Part shown: one piece after another, positions 41,363 through 55,090 of the stretch
Numbering within the stretch: the first letter of the stretch is position 1
Layout of the letters: each line of letters opens with the position of its first letter
Notes under the pieces: model-generated
Seen by the model: the letters and a program-made list of their open reading frames with translations, nothing else
Databases searched by the model: none
What the model was told of the DNA's origin: nothing
Position numbers and translations under genes: made by a program
Origin: Eledone cirrhosa
Lineage: Eukaryota
Direction: 5' to 3'
NCBI GenBank assembly: GCA_964016885.1
Contig: OZ024741.1
Coordinates: 172,856,001-172,920,000, forward strand
DNA: 64,000 bases

Positions 41363-42937
41363 AGGATATATAATAGTGTAGCATTAAGAAAATAATATAT
41401 AAATAAAACAAAACAAAGAGAATGAAATCAAACAAGTAAATTCACCTAATAAGATTATCGATACGAGATGTTATAGATGTTTGTATACCTTACTTGAGCA
41501 CAAAAAATATCGATTGGGTGTATTTTCGGCAACAAATCTACCAATTTTGGAAATATTGCTGCCATCTTTCTCCCACACAACCCATATCCTCTCCTCAGTG
41601 CCTTTCTCCCGACATCCAATCTTATGTTGTCTTTCTATGAATAAAAGATAACGTTGTTTGTCAATGTCATCCTACTAAACATAACAGCCAATTCTCCCTC
41701 ATGTCACTCTCCGCAAGTTTTAACGAATCTACATGAGATAGCAACAACCACCACCATCACAACTAATACTGTCATTACTATCTCCACCATCCCAACATAA
41801 CCGACATCATCTTTCTACCAACACCAACACTATCACCACCACTATATAGAAGCCACTATGTAGTCCATCGGCTTGCAAGAAATACTGGCTAAATTCCCCT
41901 CGTATCACTGCATACAGCGCTAGCGATTCCACAAGAGATCACCAATATTACTAGTATTTCCATTGCTACCACCATTATTACCAACACTACCAATATTACC
42001 TTTATCACTTGCAGAAGCTATTACGTGGTCATCCAACCCGCTAGAAATAGCACATAAATTTCTCTCAAATCGCATCATATCCTCATAAATGAGGGAAGGG
42101 CTCATTGGATAATGTACAGACAGAAACGCCCCGACAAAGATGGGGAGGGTTTCCCCTTTGATCAAAATTTACCAGGGGCTAAACAAGAACAACAACAAAA
42201 ACAACAACAACAACAACAATAACTACTACTAATAATAATAATAATGATGATAATTTCATTATTAACCAAAAGGGTTTACATAAAGGAAAACATTAAGGAC
42301 GGTACAGAACCGTAGAAATATGGGTTTCTGCGTGTATAAAAAAAAAACACAATAATAATAACAAAAGATGTAACAAGAAAATGGAAACGAAAAACAAAAC
42401 CCAATAGGGGGAGACCACCGAGGGCTACTCGTGGAGAAAGCCCACAAAAGCCACGGTCGCCGTGACCACCAGGGCAAATGTCCTCTCCCAGTTTTCCACC
42501 TCCAATCTACAGACACATTCTCAGAGCAAGCCCATTCACTCGGGCCATGCTCGCTGGGAATATCTTAGCCTCAATGCATATTTGCGCATCATTAGCCAGG
42601 GCATTCCCAGCCCTCCACGAACTGCCTGATCATCGGATTTGAAAACGGCCTAATCCACTAGCATGTAGGGAGAAATTAAAAACTACTACTACTATGTGTA
42701 GACCGAATTTTAGACAATTAACATATCTCCAATATTGTAAAATATCGTCTGATGATGACTCATCATCTTTATGTTATTCTTACGTTACAATCACCCGGTG
42801 CCTCTGAAATGTACATAACGTTGAAGTTTGGAAAAATAGAACCATGTCTTCATATTTATTAACACACTCACTTGCACACATGCACACGGACCAACACCCC
42901 CACCACCACCACCACTCCACACACACATATATATATA

Positions 42938-43131
42938 GGAGGGTCGGCTGAAACGTTCATAGATTGACTATGAAGAAGTGATACTAAAGCTGTGAAATCT
43001 TACATGCATTAATTTCAACTCTTCTTATCAATAACTGCATTATTCTTTCCGCGGACTATTTTGAAAAATAAGCTTCAATTGGTCATGCCTTGAGAATACC
43101 TTGGTCAGCCTATGAACATTTCAGCCGACCC

Positions 43132-43134
<3 letters not shown>
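42938..43134. mobile_element. Tc1/mariner-type MITE
   Basis: ~30-bp TIRs (GGGTCGGCTGAAA(C/T)GTTCATAG(AT/GC)TGAC), flanked by TA on both sides; no ORF. Confidence 0.8.
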
Positions 43135-43168
<34 letters not shown>

Positions 43169-43396
43169 GAAAAATTGAACAGGGACAGAACAGAGAGGCA
43201 GTACGACAAATGTTTATTAAATTCACGCTCAGGAGAGTGGGGGGTAGGTGGGGGATGACGTTTCGGGCATAAGCCCTTCTTCAGGTGAGAGTTCAAAAGG
43301 TGTGTAGGGGAGTGGTGGAGAGACATATAGCGAAAGGAAACGGTGCGAGGGGAGTGGTGGAGAGACATATAGCGAAAGGAAACGGTGCGAGATTTA

Positions 43397-43444
<48 letters not shown>

Positions 43445-43452
43445 TAAATATA

Positions 43453-43720
43453 TATAGGAAAATGTTTAACCCCGACGGCAGAGCCCACGCTGTTTCGACG
43501 GCTATTTCTGGACTAAATTAGAATTTTTAGCGTGGTAAATAAAATGGGCTATTTATTTACCACGCTAAAAATTCTAATTTAGTCCAGAAATAGCCGTCGA
43601 AACGGCTTGAGCACTGCCGTCGGGGTTCAACATTTTCCTATTACCCACCCTACTACCCTAAGTATTGAGTACTCTGGTGCGTTAGGGTCCATCTGGTTCC
43701 TTACTACACCTCCTTCGTTA
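43453..43720 (+). mobile_element. Fold-back family F, longest arms
   Basis: Palindrome 43453-43641 with ~90-bp arms, then the family tail into (TA)n. Confidence 0.85.
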
Positions 43721-43849
43721 TATATATAAATAAATATATATGATTAAGGCTCGATTTTATTCTCTGAATTTTTGGAGACATATGTTTGATTTTGTATCGT
43801 TCATGACATCCTTTACTTTGAATGTAATAGTAATTTTATATATATATAT

Positions 43850-44180
43850 ATATTATTCAAAATATTAACAAATGAAAAATATTCTCATAATCAAAATATA
43901 TACTTTATTATATATATTTCAAAGGTACTGTGTTGTTTTTTCAGTACGTCCTCATCAGACAAAATATATATCTTGTCTGATGAGGACGTACTGAAAAAAA
44001 CAACACAGTACCTTTGAAATATATATAATAAAGTATATATTTTGATTATGAGAATATTTTTCATTTGTTAATATTTTGAATAATATTAAAAACTCCTGGA
44101 AAACCCTTGTTGAGTGCTTCTAATCTATTGTAAAATTGTATTCATTGAGTAATCAATGAACCATACTAATCGTTGGTTAT
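43850..44180 (+). mobile_element. Palindromic double-hammerhead mini-element (family H4)
   Basis: Arms 43850-43962 and 43973-44086. HHRs at 43904-43962 (-) and 43973-44032 (+): ttgt-CTGATGA-ggacgtactg..cagtaccttt-GAAA-tatata-TA-ataa. The tail is homologous to 17545-17600. Confidence 0.85.
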
Positions 44181-44222
44181 ATATATATATATATATATAT
44201 AAATGAGAGGTATAAAGATTGT

Positions 44223-44253
<31 letters not shown>

Positions 44254-44262
44254 ATATATATG

Positions 44263-44349
<87 letters not shown>

Positions 44350-45173
44350 AAGAAAGAAAGAAAAAAGGATATTGATTGAGAAATACCTCTAGTCATACTT
44401 ATATACATACATATACACCATCGTCTATATCACGTGATTGTTACATGTTCAAATATTTTTTTCAAAACCCAAATGCTATTATCGCTATAATTTCCGTGTT
44501 GTTTCTTGTAACTCTTGTGAGATTTTACGAATCAATAACTGCACAATGCATGGTATTGGCTCTTGATTTAGAGGTTAACACTATGTTTTCAGTCGATATT
44601 AACTGAAGGACATTAATTTACGGCAGTTGATGTGTTGCTATTAAAATTAATAGCAGGAGAAAATCCGAACGATAGAGACTTCTACACTTTTCCTGGTTTC
44701 AGACATTGGATTGTAGCCATGCTGCGGCACTAACTTCAATGGTTTTAGTCGATTATTAACAATTTCAGTACTTATTACCGTCTCGTATTTTATCGACCTC
44801 AATTTGTTGAAAGTGTGGGTGACTCTTTTATTACGTAAAAGGAAGCAATACCACACCGATTTAAACTGGTAAACAGTCACAAAGTGAAGCGCGCACGCAC
44901 ACATATATATGTGCATACATACAAACATACATACATATATACATACATACACTCACTCATATCTACATACATACATATTTACACACACTCACTCATATAT
45001 AGAGATACACACACACACATATACACACATACACGCACACATATATATATATATATCAGATTGGAGGCGGTAAAAACCAGTTAGACGATTACTCACCAGA
45101 GTACTCGATACTTGGGGTAGTAGAGTGTATTTATGTATGATGTTTGTATGAATTGTTTCATATATATATATAT

Positions 45174-45352
45174 AACGAAGGTGTGGTAAGGAACCAGATG
45201 GACCATAACGCACCAGAGTACTCAATACTTAGGGTAGTAGAGTGGGTAATAAGAAAAGGTTTGACCCCGACGCCAGAGCTCAAGCCGTTTCGACGGCTTG
45301 AAATAGCCGTCGAAACGGCTTGAGCTCTGCCGTCGGAGTCAAACTTTTTCCT
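45174..45352 (-). mobile_element. Fold-back family F
   Basis: Tail plus palindrome 45250-45352. Confidence 0.85.
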
Positions 45353-45406
45353 ATATATATATATATATTTTTATACTTTTGGGGGGTCATGCTGCCAATA
45401 AACGAA

Positions 45407-45444
<38 letters not shown>

Positions 45445-45553
45445 AATACAAAGACCAACATCCAAAAAGGACTCGATAAGGGTTGTATATATATATATAT
45501 ATATATAAGTATATATAAACCCGTGGAGCGAATATTTATTAGTATAGATTAAA

Positions 45554-45604
45554 AGTTTAAGCAATGAATGTTTGCTTTAACCCTAAGCGGGTTCATCTGA
45601 AACT
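45554..45604 (-). ncRNA. Hammerhead variant (family H3), degenerate
   Basis: Minus: agttt-CAGATGA-accc[gctta]gggt-TAAA-gca..tgc-TT-aaact. Confidence 0.5.
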
Positions 45605-45740
45605 GAGAAAAATCAATCTGTAGATGAAGAAGTAAATATTTTTTTAAAAAACATCAAATATTGCCTTCAGAAAACAGGAAGACATAACGGTAGTGCGTGA
45701 AGTCGTTGTCTTGAGATGAACGAAATCTATGAAAGGAGAA

Positions 45741-46510
45741 TTAGGTTGGCACATTGGCCAGATTGGTAGAGATTCAGAGACGATGCTTTGCAGCATAGAG
45801 TTACGGCCCTTTATGGTCTGAGTACAAATCCCGCCGAGGTCAACTTTCTTTTATCGACCCCGTAAGGATGAAAACCAATAATAATTATGATAATGAAAAC
45901 ATTAATAGTAATGATAGACTCTGCACACCAGTTTGAGCAATTTGTCTCAGCTGCACCACGTGGACAAAATGGAAAACATTATCATATATTGAGTTCAAAT
46001 CCCGCCGAGGTTAACTTTGCCTTTCATCCTTACGGGGTCGATAAAATAAAGTACCAGTAATACACTGGGTAATTGCTGGCCTTGTGCCTAAAGTAGAAAC
46101 AATTATCATATATTATTGAAGGGCGGTGGATTGGCAGTATCGGTAGAGGGCCGGACGCCATGCTTTGCAGCATAGAGTTACGGCCCTATATGATCTGAGT
46201 TCAAATCCCGCCGATGTTAACTTTGCCTTTCATCATTACAGGGTCGATAAAATAAAGTACCAGTAATGCACTGGGTGATTGCTGGCCTTGTGCCAAAAGT
46301 AGAAACAATTATTATTAAAGGCGGTGAATTAGCAGTATCGGTAGAGGTTCTGACGCCATGATTTATAGCAAAGAGTTACGGCCCTTTATGGTCTGAGTTC
46401 AAATCCCGCCGAGGTTAACTTTGCCTTTCATCCTTAAGGGGTCGATAAAATAAAGTACCAGTAATGCACTGGGTAATTGCTGGCCTTGTGCCAAAAGTAG
46501 AAACAATTAT
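45741..46510 (+). mobile_element. Cluster of four tRNA-derived SINE copies (two partial, two full)
   Basis: Copies at ~45741-45875, 45990-46103, 46119-46312 and 46318-46510. ATTATCATATATT is duplicated around the 45990 copy. Confidence 0.9.
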
Positions 46511-46999
46511 TTTTATATAGTATCTAGGTGGAAATTATAGAGTGGCGGTAGGATGTGATTTGAAGGAGATTTTGATATTACTTTTAGATGACAAAGGAAC
46601 CGCCCGCATAGAAGCTCATTCGTAGTTTAATCATATACTCCCCCTCCATGTAGACACACAAGAGTTGACAGAGTACATATAAAATGCACAAACATAGAAA
46701 CTCCTTTCAAAACAGCCACCGAGAGGTTCTTAGCGAGAACTACACCAGAAAAACATATACACGCATTAGACAGCACACACGCATTTATCATTATATGTAA
46801 ACACTATACGTATGTATGTGTATATATATATATGTGTGTGTGTCTTTTATATATATGTGCGTGCGTGTGTGTATATATGTATGTATATGTAAATATATAA
46901 GTGTATTGAGTTGACAGAGTATATATAAAATGTAAGAAGATAGAAACTACGTTCAAAACAGCCACCGAGATATTCTTCGCGAGAACTACACCAGAAGTA

Positions 47000-47420
47000 T
47001 ATTCTGACTAACAAGGAAGAGTCAACAAAGATGTGGGGACTTTCATCAAAATTCAAGATACGGAATGTTGCACAGGATTCTTTGAAATTCCTCACACCAG
47101 ATGCCTAGTTGTTTCCATTTTCTACCGAATACCATATTAAAAGTACGTTGCATGTTCATGCAACGTACATGGCCTATGGTGGGGGCTGGAAACAAAGCAA
47201 ATTACTTAACGACATCAGGTCATTTGAAATATGCCAAGGCTTCCGGGAGCTGCACGCTTGCGTTTATTCTAGACAAGTATGAAATGTATACAGAATAACT
47301 CATTTGAAAAGAGTCTAGATCGTCCTGAACCTGGATGGTAGAACTATGGCAGTTAATAGCAGTAAATGCAATGCCTTCAGACTATTCGCCGTTTATAATC
47401 CGTGTGAGGTGGGGTGGTCA
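47000..47420 (+). pseudogene. Possible degenerate L1/Tx1-like APE endonuclease fragment
   Basis: Broken frames give ..LLNDIRSF..LDGRTMAVNSSKCNAFRLFAVYNP, resembling the APE 'GR...RLVAVYAP' segment. Confidence 0.4.
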
Positions 47421-49287
47421 CACATTTTCAGGTAGCTAAATTTTCTTCAGATATTTAAATATACCTCTCATTACTTGTTTTGTTTTTATGGACTGTTTTC
47501 GAATAGCATCTTAGACACACGCTAGGATTGTGTAGCCGACAGAAAAGGGTGTGTAAAAGCCTCTCAGTCCTACTCAGACAATTTCAACAGGCTGAATGGA
47601 ACCATCATATTCTAAATAGAAAAAATGGACTTGGATAAACAGTAACGAGTGAACTAAATGGTATCAGAGCGTTATATTAGCAGAATCATTAGAGCGTCGA
47701 ACAATTTCCAGTTCAAATCCCATCAATATCAATTTTGCTTTCTATTCATTTGAAGTCGATAAAATAAATTATCGGTCGAATACTTGTGACATTTCTGTAT
47801 TTCTATAAATCATCCTAGATGTAAATAAGATCATAATGAAAGTATCTTGATAGCACAGGGTGTCCCAATTTCAAGCTGTTTCCTACAAAGACCAAATGTT
47901 TGTCATCTGTGTTGTCAATGAAATTCAAACACATAAACAGGGTCCCAGACACCAGAAACTAAACGAGTCATTCCCAACATGGAAAGTTTGAATTAGTGAA
48001 TTAGTTAAAGGGATATTGATTAGGGAGTGGGGGGAGATTAGCAACAAACAGTGGTTGTTTTTCTAGAGTGAAATGTTAGAGTAGGGCCAATAGGGTTTAG
48101 AAATAATTGTAGAATGGGCAAATAGACAGCAACGGCTCAAAAGTATCCAATACTGGAAGAAAAGTAATTGTCAAGTAAATGAATAACACTGACTATATTC
48201 AGGAATATTATTTTTACAACGGCTTCATCTTTCGAACCAACAGAAATAGTATTCTACATGATTACATTCTAATCGAATGGTAATACCGAGGATTCGAGAA
48301 ATGTTTAATAATATTCATGAATTTATTCAGCGTTAATATGGTTCAACCACGGAAAATAGCAGATTAAGAGAGAAGCTAGATTAGAAAAGATAGTTTAGAA
48401 AAACATTGCAGTTGACGTGCTTCCGATGAAAATTCTGTTTGACTATTTCTTCGATGAGAAATAGGAAGTTTGCTGTTATCAGAGCTAAGGCTTATAGGAC
48501 ACGAGAGAGAAAAAGCTGATCGATAAACGAGAAAAGCAGAGAAATATCATGGCCGAAAAGATACAATCCAGTCTGCTTTGATTATACACTTGTAGATAAT
48601 AGTCAGGATTTTCAGAGAGGACATTTTCTATCGATAGACAGTGAAGTCCGGGATTTTAAGTGGGCTGTCCTTATTTATTTTAAGTTCTACAATTTAAAAA
48701 TGAGTTTTCTTCATTGTACGATTATATTGTTCATAGTTTCTTTTTGGTAACAGTCTTTGCAATGTCTCCTTTATTCATCACCCTGGTGGCAAAATAAATC
48801 ATTAATATTATAATGCCTTTGTTGTTATTATCGCGTCACCAAAGATCTGGCCGTTTTGATTTGCATACGCCTCATTGCTGGCAATAACATCTGTTGATTT
48901 TCCTCCAGGCCATACTTTGAACACAGTTAGACATTATTGGATGAATTATAGCCTTATTTCAGTGGGAATTTAGCATTGCAAGTGAAGAGGTGTCAACTGG
49001 TTCAAACCCCCCCCCCCCTCCATATATATATATATATATATATACACACATGTGTATACGTATATATATATGTATATATATATGTGTGTGTGTGTGTATG
49101 TATGTTTGTTTGTATGGATGTATAAACACACAGCTAAATCTAGCTGAGTCAATCTATGTGTATTTGTGTTTGCCAGTATGTGTGTTTATATGGAATTTGC
49201 GTGTACGTGCGATCCGTGTATCCGATTAACTATTTTTATATTTAAATATAATTCAATTTATAAACTAACTTAGCATGAGATAGTTCA

Positions 49288-49318
<31 letters not shown>

Positions 49319-49612
49319 ATATATATGTGTGTACACCATTGTTATGGCGTCTGTCTGAATGTAAATCTTTCTTGTTCGCTCGCGGTCGTCTGTTCTGCTT
49401 CATCATCATCATCATCATCATCACCATAACTCTCCTTTTCCTCCTCTTCTTTTTCTTCTTTTGTTCTTCCTCCCCACTGCTCTTTTTCTTTTCTCTTCTT
49501 ATTCCACCCTCTTCCCTACCCCATTATCTTCCTTCTGCTCTTCTTAATCCTAATCATTTTTGCACAAATACACACACTCAAATACATTTATACACACACA
49601 CACACAGACACA

Positions 49613-49675
<63 letters not shown>

Positions 49676-49798
49676 ACACATATATATATATACATATACA
49701 CATATATATATACATATATGCATATATATATATACATATACATATATATACATATATATATACATATATATATAAACATGTATATATATATATATATG

Positions 49799-49831
<33 letters not shown>

Positions 49832-50873
49832 ACATATATATAACACCGCGCTCTCGCACACACGTACATATATACTCACATACACATATACATACACACA
49901 TACACACGCACACACACACAGACACAAATCCAAGTTCATTTTGTCGTTGGTAAGCCCATTCATTCTTAACTAGAATATTTTTAGAAAAAGTTTCCTTTTT
50001 GTCGCCTTGTAATAGACAAAAAGTAGAGAAGGGGAGGGGTGGGGGGATGAGGAAGACGATATAGTGGACGGTGAAGATGATGTCGGTGATGGGGGAAATA
50101 TAGAATTCTCATTTACTTGTAATACCTAAACCATAAATAAAATCAATAGAGTTGGTACGTAACTGGCAGGTTCTTTTAAAAAGATTTCCAGCAAGTTACT
50201 TTCGTCTGTTCTTGACAACAATATAATTAATTCGAAAAACTTGGTTTCGAAACCATCACCACTATCACTTCGAACACATCCACCATTATCGCCATTACCA
50301 CCATTACTAGCACTACCACTACCACCATCGTTAACATCACCAACACCAGTACTATCATCATCTTCATAATCGCCTCTAACACCACTATGACCACCATCAT
50401 CGCAATTATCAGCCCTATTATCGCTTCTACACTAGCATCACGATTAATACCATCACCACCACCACCATTATCATCAACACTGCCACAATCCCCACCACCT
50501 TCACAACTGCCACTATCACTTGTATAATCACTATCGCCACAATTATCAAATTACCACAACCATTACTACAATTGCCAATACCACTACCAGCAACACACAA
50601 CCCGCTATTACCTAATAATAATGGCACAGTGTGATGTTTCAATACCATCAAAACACCATCATCACTGGTATGCACCCTCCACTACTTCAGACAAAAACCC
50701 TGTCGCTGGCCTCACCTTATATCACCCCCGCCACACTAACAACTACAATCATTAGATATCGCACAGCAAGTTGGAAATAAAGCAATATAAGTTCTAGACA
50801 ATGGTTGAACAAGGCTGGAGTCTACAATATTGTAACCGACATATATATGTACACACACACACACGCACACACA

Positions 50874-50905
<32 letters not shown>

Positions 50906-51365
50906 GATACAGTATTTTCCGTTGTGTTGTAATATAAATATTACACACAGTAGATTATCAGCTCTGAATAACAGAATTGAACGAACATTATTCTGCCGTC
51001 ACAGAACTAAAACCCTTTTTTCCCACTACAAGCCGAATATTACATAAAAGAGGGACATCCCCCAACTATATAAACCTTAATCTAGTTAGAAAAATATAAA
51101 AACAATCTCTTCTCAACATATATTAATAACCTTAAATTACCATACTAATAATGAAAAGATATGCTGATGAGAATAGGTACAAATATGCGATAATGAATGT
51201 GTCTAAAAACGTCCATAAGTATGTATATATATGTGAAAATGTATATAAATAAGTAAATATATATATATGTTTGATGTGTATAGTTAGATGTAAGTGTATT
51301 CATGTATTAAAGTGCTTATATATATATATATATGTATATGTGTGTATATGTATGTGTATGTATAT

Positions 51366-51397
<32 letters not shown>

Positions 51398-52092
51398 GTA
51401 TGTATATATGAGTATATGGATGTGTAAGTATGTGTATGTGTGTACACATGGACTAGAGTATGTATGTATATATGTGTGTGTCTATACGTGTGTATATAAA
51501 GATAAGTTGAGTATGAAAACGTATACACATGAGCGCGTATGTATGTACATGAATACATGCATGTGTATATATATGTAAGTATGAATATGTGAATTGTGAG
51601 TATATGTATTTTGTAGAGGTGTGCAAATATATTTGTGTGTGAATGCGTGGGTGAAAGGATACGTACACTTGAAAGAAAAATTTAAGTCTGAATGTTAATT
51701 AAGTGCAAACACAAAACCAACCACGCATATCTTTACTATCTCTAATCCTTCTATAGATTTAGAAAAATAACCAATAATATATTCTATAAAAAATGTCAAA
51801 ACAACAGATGGGAATCTAATTACTCACTGCCACCAAGAATTCTCACTGCTATCGAAAAACCACTCCTTCAACTATTCTTCTAACAACTTCACCCCTCCCT
51901 CCTAATATTCTCTATAAAAACTAAACAGGTCCTCAGTAATATTATTCTGATGAAATGACAGTAAATAATAACATTGAAATATTGAATGTCTGCATAACTA
52001 AAAGTTTGTAGATAGCTGTTTTAGGTTATGTAACTGTTATAGAAACACGTGTCAATAAATTCCTTTCAACTAAACTGTATCCATTCAAATCT

Positions 52093-52133
<41 letters not shown>

Positions 52134-52170
52134 AGGACGATTTGTTAAGCCTTCATTGCGTTTATTGGTT

Positions 52171-52255
52171 GGTGACGCGCGTTTCGCTATTGATGAGCTC
52201 AAGGTTCAATCTGTACCGATCTGGCCCAACTCTGGAATCAAAAGCTCGTCGGACC
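52171..52255 (-). ncRNA. Hammerhead variant with CCGACGA core and expanded stem II (family H2)
   Basis: Minus: ggt-CCGACGA-gcttttgat[~42 nt]atcaatagc-GAAA-cgcgcg-TC-acc..AATAAA. Palindromic stem III. Confidence 0.55.
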
Positions 52256-52361
52256 GCTGCTGTTGTAATGGCAGAAAAGTATTCTAAACATCGAGTGCTC
52301 ACCTGAGTGAACCTACAGTAATTTCACGTTGCACTCCCTATATATATATATATATATATAT

Positions 52362-52690
52362 AAGAAAGAAATAGGATTTATTGTATAAAGCTATGCTTGA
52401 AGCGAAATCCTATTACTTTTTTATTATAAGTTGAGCCAACTTATGCAGCTTCATATGCAAATGAGATTAATCACCTCATTTACACAGACGAGAAAACTAT
52501 ATTTTCTCGCCTGTCTTCTAGTCCAGCAGTCGCAAGCGGTGGGAGGGACCGTCCTGACGAAGGCAAGTTAAGCTTGAAATGCATAGACGGTTGTCCCCCT
52601 TGCTTCTGCTGGACATCACCAGAGGGCGTTAGCCCCCGGTGTTTGCATAGCTACGGCTTCCTAAAACCGTATTTCCTTGGAGATACGAAA

Positions 52691-52695
<5 letters not shown>
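52362..52695 (+). mobile_element. ~330-bp non-coding HHR-bearing element (family H1) between (TA)n tracts
   Basis: Homologous to 12770-13190 (partly inverted) and 37360-37522. HHR at 52548-52591: accgtc-CTGACGA-aggc[aagttaa]gctt-GAAA-tgca-TA-gacggt. Confidence 0.8.
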
Positions 52696-52760
<65 letters not shown>

Positions 52761-52763
<3 letters not shown>

Positions 52764-52955
52764 CGAAGGAAATGTGGTAAGGAACCAGGTGGACCATAAC
52801 GCACCAAAGTACTCAATACTTAGGGTAGTAGAGTGGGTAATAGGAACAAGTAAGACCCCGACGGCTGAGCTCAAGCCGTTTCGACGGCTAATTCTGTCCA
52901 GAATTAGCCGTCGAAACGGCTTGAGCTCGGCCGTCGGGGTCTTACTTGTTCCTAT
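52761..52955 (-). mobile_element. Fold-back family F
   Basis: Tail plus a near-perfect palindrome at 52840-52955. Confidence 0.85.
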
Positions 52956-54100
<1,145 letters not shown>

Positions 54101-54296
54101 AGTTATAGAGGTATTTATTTACGCTTTAACTTATATTTTTAATTATCGTGTCTATAGTCTGCCTTTCATAGGTTATAGATTCCATACACTGGCGGGTTTT
54201 TTCCCTGTATTATTGATAACGCACTATATATCTCTCTCTGGTGTGTTACCTTCTCAACATATTATATATATGATATATATATGATATATATATATG

Positions 54297-54330
<34 letters not shown>

Positions 54331-54331
<1 letters not shown>

Positions 54332-55042
54332 ATTGTTTCTGCTTTTGGCACAAGGCCAGCAATTATCCAGTGCATTACTGGTACGTTATATTTTATCGAC
54401 CCCGTAAGGATGAAAGGTAAAGTTAACCTCGGCAGGATTTGAACTCAGATCATAAAGGGGCGCAATTCTATGCTGCAAAGCATAGCGTCAGACCCTCTAC
54501 CGATACTGCCAATAATAATTGTTTCTACTTTTGGCACAAGGCCAGCAATTAAATCAGTGCATTACTGGTACTTTATTTTATCGACCCCGTAAGGATGAAA
54601 TGTAAAGTTAACCTCGGCGGGATTTGAACTCAGAATGGCAAGGACCGTAACTCTAATAATAATAATAATAAATGTGAAGGCTAACATCCGAAGAGGGCTC
54701 CATAGGGATAATATATATATACAAATATATATATATATATAAACGGTAGAGCAAATATTTATTAACATAACAGATTAAAGTTTAAGCAAAGAATCGCTGC
54801 TTTCATCCTTAACGGGATCTTCTGAAACTAGTTCCTGTTATTTTAATATATATATATAATTGTTTCTACTTTAGGCACAAGGCCAGCAATTATCCAGTGC
54901 ATTACTGGTACTTTATTTTATCGACCCCGTAAGGATGAAAGGCAAAGTCAACCTCGGCGGGATTTGAACTCAGATCGTAAAGGGACATAACTATGCTGGA
55001 AAGCATGGCATCCGACCCTCTACCGATACTGCCAATCCACCG

Positions 55043-55046
<4 letters not shown>
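54331..55046 (-). mobile_element. Three tRNA-derived SINE copies (54331-54513, 54517-54652, 54858-55046)
   Basis: Family core in each copy. Confidence 0.9.
54779..54829 (-). ncRNA. Hammerhead variant (family H3)
   Basis: Minus: agttt-CAGAAGA-tcccgttaaggat-GAAA-gca[gcgattctt]tgc-TT-aaact. Confidence 0.55.

Positions 55047-55089
<43 letters not shown>

Positions 55090-55090
<1 letters not shown>

Noticed and set aside
43257-43284. Minimal hammerhead core on the minus strand (CTGAAGA-agggcttatgccc-GAAACGTC)
   Set aside because: Core and stem II are present, but the flanks (ctcac / atccc) do not form stem I. Probably a decayed PLE HHR, so not listed as a feature.
46119-46215. tRNA gene suggested by A/B boxes
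   Set aside because: It is the tRNA-derived head of a multi-copy SINE; there is no cloverleaf acceptor stem and the SINE body follows.
47143-47168. Perfect 12-bp hairpin GTACGTTGCATG-TT-CATGCAACGTAC
   Set aside because: Isolated and single copy inside LINE debris; most likely a local template-switch product.
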